Shown: positions 40,039 through 48,836 of the stretch, in pieces
How the letters are laid out: each line of letters opens with the position of its first letter
Position numbering within the stretch: the first letter of the stretch is position 1
Assembly (NCBI GenBank): GCA_964551325.1
Contig: CAZKBU010000001.1
Coordinates: 385,184 to 449,183 of the forward strand
Reading direction: 5' to 3'
Source: an uncultured Bdellovibrionales bacterium
GTDB lineage: Bacteria > Bdellovibrionota > UBA1018 > CAIPTA01
DNA: 64,000 nucleotides
The notes under the pieces: generated by a model
What the model was told of the DNA's origin: nothing
The model's database searches: none
Seen by the model: only the letters and a program-made list of their open reading frames with translations
Position numbers and translations under genes: made by a program

Positions 40039-42399
40039 GCGAATGAATATAGCGAAATCCTAAAGAATTCCAAGAGGATTCACCTTTACTTGCCGTGGCC
40101 AGCACCAAAGTGTTACGAAGGAGTAGGTCGCGAAGAAACAGGATGTGCGACCCACTTCTCCTCCGGCGATGGGCTGGAGAAGAGAAGGACCCAGCGATGC
40201 GCTCCCCTTGTCTTGTGCGCCGCCAGTCTGAGTCAAACCGAGAAAAACACTGAAACCGCCCCCCGCATCCAGGGCCCAAAAAGGATCCATTTCGTGATCG
40301 ATAAAACAGCCATCGACAACAACGCCCTTCACTACTATCGCAAACTGAAGGAGGCCGGATTTGCTGCCTATTTCGTGGGCGGCAGCGTAAGAGACCTCCT
40401 CTTGGGTAAACAGCCCAAAGATTTCGACATCGCCACCAACGCAACTCCTCAGCAGATTCGCCGAGTTACTGGCGGAAGAATTATCGGACGCCGCTTTCGG
40501 CACGTGATGCTGGAGCGCGACGGCGGCCGTTATGAGATCGTGACATTTCGAGGCCCCGTGGTGGGAATTGAAGCCGACGAGCCCGAAGAGGTTCAAGCCA
40601 GCGAAGGCGAGGCGCCTCAACCGCAAGACGAAGGCGACCGTCGCCGCAAGTTCCCCGACTTGAATCAGTTTGGAACCGCTGAGCAAGATGCCTTGCGCCG
40701 TGATTTCACCGTCAATGCCCTTTTCTACGATCCCGATGCCGACGAGCTGGTGGACTACGTAGAGGGGAAAATCGACGTAGAACGTCGAGTCCTCCGCACG
40801 ATTGGCGAGCCTGCCGCGAGAATGGAAGAGGACCCGATCCGAATTCTTCGAGCCGTGCGCCATCGCGTGAAACTCGGTCTTCACTACGATCCGGCTCTGG
40901 AATCGGCCATGAAGGAAAAGGCGCCATGCCTGGAAAACACTTCAAAGGATCGCATCCGCGAAGAATTTCTGAAGGTGTGCAACGACCAATCCCTCGGCGC
41001 ATTTCTAACCGAATTGAGAACCGTGGGAATTCTCGCAAACGCCGCTCCGTGGTTTAAGGACCTAACCGACGAAGAATGGCATCAAGGTGAGCGCCTCTGG
41101 GACGCTTTCTCCGCCATGCCCCCAATCGGTGGCAGACCGAGCCCGGAAATGGGTGTGGCCCTTATTTTTGCGCCCCTTGTGAAATCACTCGTGCTCGATC
41201 CCTATCGGTCTACGATTAGTCCGGAAGATCGGAACCAATTCCCCGACATGAAATTCTTCCTGAGTGCTGAGTCGCTGCGCGATCATATGCTCCGCCAGCT
41301 GCGGATCTCGCGCGCTCAAACAGACCACATCGTGCGAACCCTGTTCTACTGGAGCCGCATGACGACTCTTTGGATCGAGAACGGCCCTCCGCGCCGCCTG
41401 ATCGGAAAACTATTTCACCATCCTCCGGCCGTATTGGCTGCGAAAATGGCCCGCCTTAGCCTCCACCTGGATGGTCGTGATGTGCCTCAGTGGATGAACG
41501 ATTTGGCCGACTATGTGTCGACTCAGCGCAGACAGCGCGATCAAGAACACGGCGACGAGCGCCGTCCCCCTCGACGAGACGACCGCCGAGACGACCGAAG
41601 AGATGATCGCGGCGAGCCCCGAAAATCCGCAGCTCCAGAAATCGAAGACTCTGACGCGGGCGAAGAAGTGGAAGAGCGACCCCAGGGCATGCGTTTGCCT
41701 CCTCCCACGGAACCTATGGTTTGGAATGGGCCGTTGCACGCGCCCGTGCTGCGCCCCACATTTCCGAGCGAAACCACCACGCGCTGGGCGCGCAAGGATC
41801 AAAGTATCCGGGCATTCCGTCCATCAGGAATTCCCAATCAACCCATCGACTACGCCACCCTGAAATCTCATCTGGTTTCGAACTACAAGCCGGAACTTGA
41901 AGTTGCGGGCGGAAATGAACCAAACGGTGACGGCGGACGCCGTCGCGACCGAAATGATCGCGGAGAAGGAGGTCGACGAGGTCGCGGACGTGATCGTGGC
42001 CGTAACCGTCATCACCGAGATCGCGACAGAGATCAGCGCGACTCCTCCGCGCCTGTCGCTCAGTCGGCCGAGGGCGGGAATGGACCTGCGGAGAGGCCCG
42101 ATCCCATCGACGAGGATTCTATTGGTAACACCCTTCGCCCGGGCGAAAGACATGCGGCCTTGGGTGCCAACGCGAACACCTTTCACGAAAGTCACGACGA
42201 CGACATTGACGACAACATCGGCAACCGAATCGATGCACCAATCCCGCGAGCCGGACATTTCACCTCCGGCGAACAGCCGGTGGTGATGACCCACCACATG
42301 ATCCAGCAGCGCCGTAGCGGCGGTGGCGGTGGCGGTGGAGGGAGCGGAGGCGGCGGCCGACGTCGCCGAAGAGGCGGAAGGAACCGTCGTCGCGACTAA
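40030..42399 (+). CDS. pcnB: Poly(A) polymerase I (PcnB-like nucleotidyltransferase) with a C-terminal Arg/Asp/Glu/Gly-rich low-complexity extension of about 400 aa.
   Basis: GGSVRD and DFD nucleotidyltransferase head motifs align with E. coli PcnB. The tail contains RRDD repeats and a G8-SG4 run followed by an Arg cluster. The start is uncertain: the ORF track begins at 39670, and the ATG at 40030 is proposed here. Confidence 0.7.
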   Translation: MGHANEYSEILKNSKRIHLYLPWPAPKCYEGVGREETGCATHFSSGDGLEKRRTQRCAPLVLCAASLSQTEKNTETAPRIQGPKRIHFVIDKTAIDNNALHYYRKLKEAGFAAYFVGGSVRDLLLGKQPKDFDIATNATPQQIRRVTGGRIIGRRFRHVMLERDGGRYEIVTFRGPVVGIEADEPEEVQASEGEAPQPQDEGDRRRKFPDLNQFGTAEQDALRRDFTVNALFYDPDADELVDYVEGKIDVERRVLRTIGEPAARMEEDPIRILRAVRHRVKLGLHYDPALESAMKEKAPCLENTSKDRIREEFLKVCNDQSLGAFLTELRTVGILANAAPWFKDLTDEEWHQGERLWDAFSAMPPIGGRPSPEMGVALIFAPLVKSLVLDPYRSTISPEDRNQFPDMKFFLSAESLRDHMLRQLRISRAQTDHIVRTLFYWSRMTTLWIENGPPRRLIGKLFHHPPAVLAAKMARLSLHLDGRDVPQWMNDLADYVSTQRRQRDQEHGDERRPPRRDDRRDDRRDDRGEPRKSAAPEIEDSDAGEEVEERPQGMRLPPPTEPMVWNGPLHAPVLRPTFPSETTTRWARKDQSIRAFRPSGIPNQPIDYATLKSHLVSNYKPELEVAGGNEPNGDGGRRRDRNDRGEGGRRGRGRDRGRNRHHRDRDRDQRDSSAPVAQSAEGGNGPAERPDPIDEDSIGNTLRPGERHAALGANANTFHESHDDDIDDNIGNRIDAPIPRAGHFTSGEQPVVMTHHMIQQRRSGGGGGGGGSGGGGRRRRRGGRNRRRD

Positions 42400-42402
42400 A
42401 TT

Positions 42403-43605
42403 ATGAACGCCCCGCTTTCCCGTCAGATCTTGATTCGTATTTCAGGCACTGATGCGCCGGGAATCACGGCAGCCATTACCAAAACTATCGACGATGCCGG
42501 CGCCAAGCTCCTCGACATCGAGCAGGCTGTAACCCACGGCTTACTAAGCCTCATGGTTTTGATTGAGGAAGGCTCGGTCACGGCCCCCGCCCTTGAAGCC
42601 ACCATCAGATCGAGACTCGAGCCTTTCAAGCTAGACACGCAAGTCTCCGTGCTGGAAGGCACCTGGGAAGTGGCGGATCCAGCTCAGCGTTTCGTTTGCA
42701 CCGTGCTCGCAGAAGAGATCCCGGCAAAATTCGTTTCCGACGTGAGCTCCTCCCTGGCGCAAGCCGGCACCAACATCGACAGCATTCGAAAACTTTCGTC
42801 GGGCGGCCTCTCCACTTTGGAGTTGGTTTGCAGCTCGCGCGCGCGCTTGAATCTTCCAGTAATGAAAGAACGCCTTCTTTCGATTTCTTCTCGTTATCCC
42901 GGCGTGGACTTGGCCGTTCAAAGAGAAAATCTCTACCGGCGCTCAAAGCGCGTTGTGGTTTTTGATATGGACTCCACCCTGATCCAGGGCGAGGTCATCG
43001 ATGAGCTGGCGGAGCTTCTTGGAAAAAAAGCGGAAGTTTCGACCCTCACTCGCAAGGCCATGGAGGGGGAAATGGATTTTCAGGAGTCCCTTATTCGCCG
43101 AGTGAGCCTCTTGAAGGGTCTTACTCGCGCGGACCTCGACAAGGTGTATGCAAAGATGAAGCTCAGCCCTGGGGCCGATGTGCTTATCAAGGTTTTGAAG
43201 CGCCTTGGTTTCCGAATCGGCATTATCAGCGGCGGATTCACTTATTTCGTGGATCGTCTTCGCCAGGACTTAGGAGTTCACTACAGCTACGCGAACGTGC
43301 TCGAATGGGATGGCGACGAGATCACCGGTCGAGTTACGGGCCTGATCGTAGACGCCAGAAGAAAAGCGGATCTCATGGAGCTTCTCGCTCAACAAGAGGG
43401 GGTGCTTCTCGACCAGGTGATTGCCGTGGGCGATGGAGCGAATGATCTGCAGATGCTCAAAAAGGCCGGCCTTGGAATCGCCTATAACGCGAAACCGATC
43501 ACAAAAACCATGGTCGGCACTTCGATTACCAAGAAACGCATGGACTCGATTCTCTATCTTTTGGGAATCACCGACGCCGACATCGCTGAAATGGGAATTC
43601 GCTGA
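42403..43605 (+). CDS. serB: Phosphoserine phosphatase SerB with an N-terminal ACT regulatory domain pair.
   Basis: HAD motif VVVFDMDSTLI and C-terminal GDGANDL. Confidence 0.85.
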   Translation: MNAPLSRQILIRISGTDAPGITAAITKTIDDAGAKLLDIEQAVTHGLLSLMVLIEEGSVTAPALEATIRSRLEPFKLDTQVSVLEGTWEVADPAQRFVCTVLAEEIPAKFVSDVSSSLAQAGTNIDSIRKLSSGGLSTLELVCSSRARLNLPVMKERLLSISSRYPGVDLAVQRENLYRRSKRVVVFDMDSTLIQGEVIDELAELLGKKAEVSTLTRKAMEGEMDFQESLIRRVSLLKGLTRADLDKVYAKMKLSPGADVLIKVLKRLGFRIGIISGGFTYFVDRLRQDLGVHYSYANVLEWDGDEITGRVTGLIVDARRKADLMELLAQQEGVLLDQVIAVGDGANDLQMLKKAGLGIAYNAKPITKTMVGTSITKKRMDSILYLLGITDADIAEMGIR

Positions 43606-43617
43606 GCGGCGATCGGC

Positions 43618-44547
43618 TCAGGACAAAGCCAGCATCCGGTCAATTGGAGCCAAAGCTTTTCGTCGAAGAGTCTCGTCGATGAAAATTTCTGGGCTCAGTG
43701 TTTCGAGCGCCTTCGCTACTTTTTCTAACGTATTCCTCTTCATGAACGGACACTCATTGCATGCACAATTTGCGTCGGGTGGCGCCGGGATATAGGTCTT
43801 CGCCGGATTCGTCTTTTGCATCTGATGCAAAATTCCAGGCTCGGTAACCACGATAAACTTTTGAGCCGAACTTCTCTGGCTGTACTGAAGGAGGGCGGTC
43901 GTGGAGCCGATGTAGTGGGCCAGACGCAAAACCGGCTCTTCGCATTCCGGGTGAGCGACCACTTCGGCGTCGGGATGCATCGTCATCAATTCAAGAAGCT
44001 TCCGCTCCGAAAACGTTTCATGAACAACACAGCTTCCTTCCCAAAGAACCATCTCACGCCCGGTTAGCTTCATCACCCAGCGCCCCAAGTTCTTGTCGGG
44101 AGCGAAAATAATTTTTCGATCAGCGGGAATACTTTGCACAATCTTCACTGCGTTGCTGCTGGTGCAAATGTAGTCGCTCTCCGCCTTCACCTCAGCGGAA
44201 CAGTTGATATAGCTCACCACCACATGATCCGGATGACGCTGCTTGAACTCACGAAACGCACCGGCGGGACAGCCGTCGGCCAGAGAGCAACTTGCTTCCA
44301 TGTCGGGAATCACCACCCTGCGGGAGGGGTTTAGTATCTTGGCGGTTTCTGCCATGAAATGGACACCCGCGAACACGATTACTTGGGCGGTCGTCTTGGC
44401 CGCCTGTTGCGATAACTGCAGGCTGTCGCCGATGAAATCAGCTACGTCCTGAATGTCGGGGTTTTGATAATAGTGCGCCAAGACAACGGCATTTCGCTCC
44501 CTCTTCAGGCGGGCGATTTTTTGAAAGAGGTCTTCTCCGGACTTCAT
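43618..44547 (-). CDS. nadA: Quinolinate synthase A.
   Basis: NadA signature (VLAHYYQ...VHFMAET) and three Cys ligands for the 4Fe-4S cluster. Confidence 0.9.
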   Translation of the reverse strand: MKSGEDLFQKIARLKRERNAVVLAHYYQNPDIQDVADFIGDSLQLSQQAAKTTAQVIVFAGVHFMAETAKILNPSRRVVIPDMEASCSLADGCPAGAFREFKQRHPDHVVVSYINCSAEVKAESDYICTSSNAVKIVQSIPADRKIIFAPDKNLGRWVMKLTGREMVLWEGSCVVHETFSERKLLELMTMHPDAEVVAHPECEEPVLRLAHYIGSTTALLQYSQRSSAQKFIVVTEPGILHQMQKTNPAKTYIPAPPDANCACNECPFMKRNTLEKVAKALETLSPEIFIDETLRRKALAPIDRMLALS

Positions 44548-44560
44548 GCCCCGGGAAATA

Positions 44561-45124
44561 TCACAAATAGACCTTCACGCCGCAGACTTTGTGGATGTCC
44601 TTTAGAGTCGGGTTTCGTGTCACTAAATAGGCGCCGTGATCCAGGGCCATTTGAACCAGTTCGGCGTCCACGGTCGACACATTTCGTCCCTTGCCATAGA
44701 GGTGTGATTTCAAGGTGGCCACTCTTTTCCAGCGCCCCCCGTCGGCGGGGATTTTGGGGATTCGGAATAAAATGGCGTCGACGTCCTTAAGAACCGGCCC
44801 CAAGTCGGCATCAGCGGATAGTTCGGCGGCCACCATGTCGGGGACCCGCAGTGCGCCCGCGAGAAGCGCGAAATCGAGCACGGGGATTTCTTCTTTGGAT
44901 AAAAGCCAGTTTCGCAGAGCGGAAGTGTCGGCGAAGATCACCATGCTCTCCGGCGCTTTCCTCTGGAGCCGTGCCAGGATGTTTCTCGCCTCCAGGCGGA
45001 AAATGTGGTCGAGGCCCTCCACGAGAGTTTCGGTGATTCCCTCACGGGTCGACGCTTGGGCCGCTGCCAGAAGGGACTCGGGAAGGTTGGCCGTGATGCG
45101 CTTAATTGTGCCCTGGGATTCCAT
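44561..45124 (-). CDS. PIN-domain protein (VapC-like) with an N-terminal extension of about 55 aa resembling a ribbon-helix-helix antitoxin.
   Basis: PIN acidic residues (VIFADTSAL ... [25 protein letters not shown]). N-terminal segment [13 protein letters not shown]... Confidence 0.55.
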   Translation of the reverse strand: MESQGTIKRITANLPESLLAAAQASTREGITETLVEGLDHIFRLEARNILARLQRKAPESMVIFADTSALRNWLLSKEEIPVLDFALLAGALRVPDMVAAELSADADLGPVLKDVDAILFRIPKIPADGGRWKRVATLKSHLYGKGRNVSTVDAELVQMALDHGAYLVTRNPTLKDIHKVCGVKVYL

Positions 45125-45191
45125 CTGTGGGGGCGAGTGGTAGCACGGTGCCCGAAAATATGCACTCGCGTCATTATCAAATTCTTAGGCA

Positions 45192-45211
45192 GTATTGATT
45201 TGGATCAATAC
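45192..45211. promoter_or_regulatory. Perfect 20-bp palindrome GTATTGAT-TTGG-ATCAATAC matching the CRP/FNR-family box TTGAT-N4-ATCAA.
   Basis: Read from the sequence. It sits in the divergent region between the PIN gene and small peptide gene 2. Confidence 0.35.
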
Positions 45212-45374
45212 ATTTGGGCCCAACCATCTAAAATCACTGGTGAAAAAACGACACCCCTCCCCGCTGCGCGGCATAATTCTGGCATGGCTCGCAAAGGATA
45301 CATCTTTGATTTCAAATGGTTACGTACGGTCCAGACCTTGCGACATTAGCCCCTGAACCCATCACGGAGGTCCC

Positions 45375-45500
45375 ATGAAAAAGGTACTTACGGTTCTGGC
45401 CCTAGCACTCACGATCGGCACCGCCGCCTACGGACTGGCTCAGTCTGTGGACGCTGGCGCCGTGACGGCGCAGGCCTGCCAAGGTTCTACCTATTGTGAG
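45375..45500 (+). CDS. Small 41 aa peptide MKKVLTVLALALTIGTAAYGLAQSVDAGAVTAQACQGSTYCE. It has a signal-peptide-like N-terminus and a C-terminal C-x5-C motif.
   Basis: Hand-translated. GGAGG Shine-Dalgarno sequence 5 nt upstream of the ATG. Followed by an intrinsic terminator. Paralogue of the peptide at 6253..6381. Convergent with the second receptor cyclase gene. Confidence 0.5.
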
Positions 45501-45520
45501 TGAAGACTTTCATTAGGATT

Positions 45521-45554
45521 GAGGGGGGCCTCGAAAGGGGTCCCTCTTTTTTTT
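45521..45554 (+). terminator. Rho-independent terminator (GC-rich hairpin plus a T8 run) after small peptide gene 2.
   Basis: GAGGGGGGCCTCGAAAGGGGTCCCTC followed by TTTTTTTT. Confidence 0.5.
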
Positions 45555-47430
45555 ACGCCGCTCGAAGCACGGAGCGGGACAAACGCAAAATTCGCGCGCG
45601 GAATTTCTGGCCCTTCACCAAGTACGGAATGGGCTCTGAAACCGTCATCCCCGCGGGCACTTCCACGGACTCATCCACCAACACGGTCCCCGCCTCGGCA
45701 GCCGACTGCAAACGAGCCGCCCGATTGATCGGCTCCCCTAAGAAACTAAACTCTGCGCTCTTAAAGTGGCAGGTCACAGATCCGCTCGCTACGCCCACGC
45801 GGAATCGCAGACGCTCATCAAAGAGGGAAAGATCGGCAATCCGAGAGGCCGCATAGAGAGCGTCTTCCTCCTGACCCAACCCCCAGCGATAGACAGATCC
45901 ATCACCCGTATCGGAGATCTTTTCCCCGCCCAAGGAGGTCACGATGGGCTGCAAGGAATCTTTCAGAACCTGATTTAAGCGATCGCGCTCTTCCGCTTTG
46001 GCCACGGCCAATTGTTTGGTGTAGCCCACGGCATCCACCACCACGATCACCGCATCCGACTTCACCAGAGCGTGCTGGGCTCCAGACGCGGCCAGCCGAG
46101 CCACGTCGCCCGGAAGCATTTCTTTTGAACGCAAATACACGCCTTGCAGCCCACGGAAGTCCGCCACCATCAATGCGCCGAGGGCCGTGAAAATTCCCGC
46201 GTCGAGAAGTTCAGGATAGCGCACCACCAAGAACTGAAAGAACGCTCCCGCGTTGGCGGTTTTATGAAAGAACGCCACACCCAAACACAGCGCCAACACT
46301 CCCAATTGTGCCGCTCGGTGGCGCACACCAACCACGAATCCCAGGTGAATGGCTACGGCAGAAACCACCACCATTGCGGGAAGGAGCGCCACCCAGGGCA
46401 TCCAGCGATAGGAGGCTTGGAAAAGCGGAATCCACTTCGATTCGCCAGCAATCACGCCCGCTATCAAGGGCACTAAGAAAAGGAATGCGGACCATGCGGC
46501 CGCAAATCCCAATCCCCGTCGATTGAACCGCAGCATTTCCGCCACGAAAAGCGGCACCATTGCGGTGGCGAGCACTTCGAAGAAAAAGATCGCGCTGTTT
46601 CGGAACAGGTAATCTTCATAAAAGGGATTTAAGCGCCAGTATCCAAATGCGGAAAGCCCGCTCGCCAAGGTGTAGCCGGCGAACCATAGGTACTCCCGAC
46701 GAAGCGGCATGAACACGAAGAGCGCCGCAAAGATCAAAAACAGTGAGAGCTTGAAAGCCACCGGTAACAACGGTTTAGCAATAGTTTGAAACTGATAGTC
46801 ACGCTCTTGATTTAGAAGGATTCGTGAGCGGCCTACTTGTACGGGGTTGAAGTGCACTATTCCTCTATACGGACTCGCCGAACGTCCAACTTGAACGACG
46901 AGATCCAGCTCCCCGCCCCGACCCAAATGCAACGGCTGCAAACGATGAAGCGCAAAGGCCACTTCTCCCCCGGACCCCACGAGTTCCCCGTTGATCCATA
47001 CCGCATGGGGGCCCTTGATGCTTCCAAGAGAAAGCGACAAGTCCTCGCCGAGCAAATTTTCCGGCACGCGCACGCGAGTGCGGTACCAAATCTCATCGGG
47101 CAGATCTCGTGCCGCCAAAGGCTTCGGCACTTCCACGCGTGACGACTTTTCCCAGCCGCGGCCGACCGCTCGGCAAGGCAGCGCACGTCCGGCGACCGTG
47201 CAAGTTTCAGAGGCACCAGCGGAAAATTCCCACTCCCCCTCCAGGCGCAAGCCCGAGGGGTCCACGAATCGTGCCGGATCCACGTACCAACGTGCGGCGA
47301 AAATCGTAACTGCCACCAAACCCAAAGCGACCAGACCTAGCGCCACACGCGGCGCCAGACCCAATGGACGCGGACCATGACGACTCACGGTTTCAACAAC
47401 GGCAGCCAGTTTGCGAAGGGTCTTTCCCAT
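45553..47430 (-). CDS. 7TM-DISM receptor fused to a class III adenylate/guanylate cyclase (paralogue of 6383..8434).
   Basis: N-terminal TM helix, an extracellular domain, a 7-TM block, and a cyclase domain with DAVGYT and SDTGDGSVYRW motifs. Confidence 0.75.
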   Translation of the reverse strand: MGKTLRKLAAVVETVSRHGPRPLGLAPRVALGLVALGLVAVTIFAARWYVDPARFVDPSGLRLEGEWEFSAGASETCTVAGRALPCRAVGRGWEKSSRVEVPKPLAARDLPDEIWYRTRVRVPENLLGEDLSLSLGSIKGPHAVWINGELVGSGGEVAFALHRLQPLHLGRGGELDLVVQVGRSASPYRGIVHFNPVQVGRSRILLNQERDYQFQTIAKPLLPVAFKLSLFLIFAALFVFMPLRREYLWFAGYTLASGLSAFGYWRLNPFYEDYLFRNSAIFFFEVLATAMVPLFVAEMLRFNRRGLGFAAAWSAFLFLVPLIAGVIAGESKWIPLFQASYRWMPWVALLPAMVVVSAVAIHLGFVVGVRHRAAQLGVLALCLGVAFFHKTANAGAFFQFLVVRYPELLDAGIFTALGALMVADFRGLQGVYLRSKEMLPGDVARLAASGAQHALVKSDAVIVVVDAVGYTKQLAVAKAEERDRLNQVLKDSLQPIVTSLGGEKISDTGDGSVYRWGLGQEEDALYAASRIADLSLFDERLRFRVGVASGSVTCHFKSAEFSFLGEPINRAARLQSAAEAGTVLVDESVEVPAGMTVSEPIPYLVKGQKFRARILRLSRSVLRAA

Positions 47431-47463
47431 CGCTCACTCATCGGAATATTGAGGGGAGAAAAA

Positions 47464-47868
47464 AAGTGGTGGTGGAACTGTAAGCCGGATTCTGTACCTG
47501 GTTTCCCAGGCGACAATCATTCCTCTAGGCCACCCGTTACCGTGTGGCTCCAGCGATACTACCCGCACACTTTGGGCGAGCAGCCCTCAGTCGTGTGCCT
47601 ATTTGATCTTGCTCCTAGCGGGGTTTACCGAGCCGCACGAATTACTTCGCACGCTGGTGGTCTCTTACACCACCGTTTCACCCTTACCTGATCCCCGTGA
47701 GGGGCCATCGGCGGTTTGCTCTCTGTTGCACTTTCCGTAACCGGAAACGAACTCACGTGTAATTCGTTTTCAATCCCTGGCCGTTAGCCAGCGCCACGCT
47801 CTATGGAGTCCGGACTTTCCTCCCCCCGGTCGAGCCGGGCGGCGATTGTCCATTCCACCACCAGGTGT
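47464..47868 (-). ncRNA. rnpB: RNase P RNA (bacterial type A).
   Basis: The reverse complement contains GGAGGAAAGUCCGGACUCC, AGUGCAACAGAGAGCAAACCGCCGAUGGCC and GGGGAUCAGGUAAGGGUGAAACGGUGG. P1 is formed by GGUGGUGGAA/UUCCACCACC, followed by a U7 run. Confidence 0.85.
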
Positions 47869-47872
47869 GCTT

Positions 47873-48349
47873 CTACCTCAGAGCGGGGATCGGGGGCAAT
47901 GTAAGAGGTCGTGCGTCGGGTGCGGCCTTAGGGGCAGCCAGCCAATAGCGCGAAACTGCTCGGTTTTCCTGAAAAGCCATGTCGGAGGTGCCGTCGCCCC
48001 GGCGGCGAATTTCCATCCCGAGGCCGCTGCCCAGAAACACGCTCGCGAAGCTGTCGCCAACCAGGAAATTTTTCTCAAAGGTCAGGAGGAGAGACTTTCG
48101 ATTGGTGAAAGCACCCAGCACTCCCACTTCATCTTTCACGGGAATCCAGTCGTCGGGCATTTTTCCTTCGCCGTATTTAGTCCAAATATTCTCGAGCGTG
48201 TCCACATCGAGCAGGAACCACTCTTTTCGCATCGGACCGGCGGGTTCCTGCTGGGAAAGAATTTCGTGCCATCCCTTGAACGAGTCCATTCGTCCGGCAA
48301 AGGCGTCGCCACAAATCAAAAATAAAAAAATCCACAACCACTTAGACAT
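47873..48349 (-). CDS. Hypothetical secreted protein (signal peptide MSKWLWIFLFLICGDAFA).
   Basis: 158 aa ORF. The overlapping plus-strand ORF is judged less likely. Confidence 0.4.
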   Translation of the reverse strand: MSKWLWIFLFLICGDAFAGRMDSFKGWHEILSQQEPAGPMRKEWFLLDVDTLENIWTKYGEGKMPDDWIPVKDEVGVLGAFTNRKSLLLTFEKNFLVGDSFASVFLGSGLGMEIRRRGDGTSDMAFQENRAVSRYWLAAPKAAPDARPLTLPPIPALR

Positions 48350-48836
48350 CCATATCCTCCCAGCGACGAACTCCTTTCGCCGCTCGCTTTGCCAGATCGC
48401 GCGCCGATGAATGTTCGCCGGTTCCCACGATCTTAGACAGCCGAATGGCCGCCCACGTTTCTTTGATCTTATTCTCCCACGCTCTGAGCTCCGGATCTCG
48501 GGATTTCGTCACACGGTTTTCCAGAAAATCCAGGGAAAATCCCGGAGGAAGGTTGAGATGAACCTTTTCGGATTTGAGACGGGCCGCCTGCTCCAATCCC
48601 CAGAACACGGCCTCCAGGAACACTTCTATCCGCCCGGCGTTTCCACGGAATCGAAGGGCGCTCACCAGATCCCGACCCCTCTTGTCGACCAACACCACGG
48701 CCCATCCGAGTCGAGCGGGCTTTCCTTCGCTCGCCACCGACACGTGAATAGTGCACTCTGGTAGAAATTCACTCATCGGATCTATCATAGCGGAGCCGGA
48801 GGATATTTCGACATGGCAAAAGGCAAGAACGGACAA
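48342..48836 (-). CDS. RNase H-like fold protein with apparently non-canonical catalytic positions.
   Basis: GWAVVL plus EVFLEAV...VHLNL segments mimic the RNase HI layout, but the conserved Asp positions are replaced. Confidence 0.4.
   Translation of the reverse strand: MSVLAFCHVEISSGSAMIDPMSEFLPECTIHVSVASEGKPARLGWAVVLVDKRGRDLVSALRFRGNAGRIEVFLEAVFWGLEQAARLKSEKVHLNLPPGFSLDFLENRVTKSRDPELRAWENKIKETWAAIRLSKIVGTGEHSSARDLAKRAAKGVRRWEDMDV

Noticed and set aside
45310-45345. Possible sigma54 promoter (TGGCAT...GCAAA) upstream of peptide gene 2.
   Set aside because: The GG-N10-GC spacing is off by 2 nt, so no confident sigma54 or sigma70 promoter is called for peptide 2.
47846-48325. 159 aa plus-strand ORF overlapping the minus-strand secreted-protein ORF next to rnpB.
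   Set aside because: The minus-strand reading has a clear signal peptide and more protein-like composition, so the plus-strand ORF is treated as a shadow.
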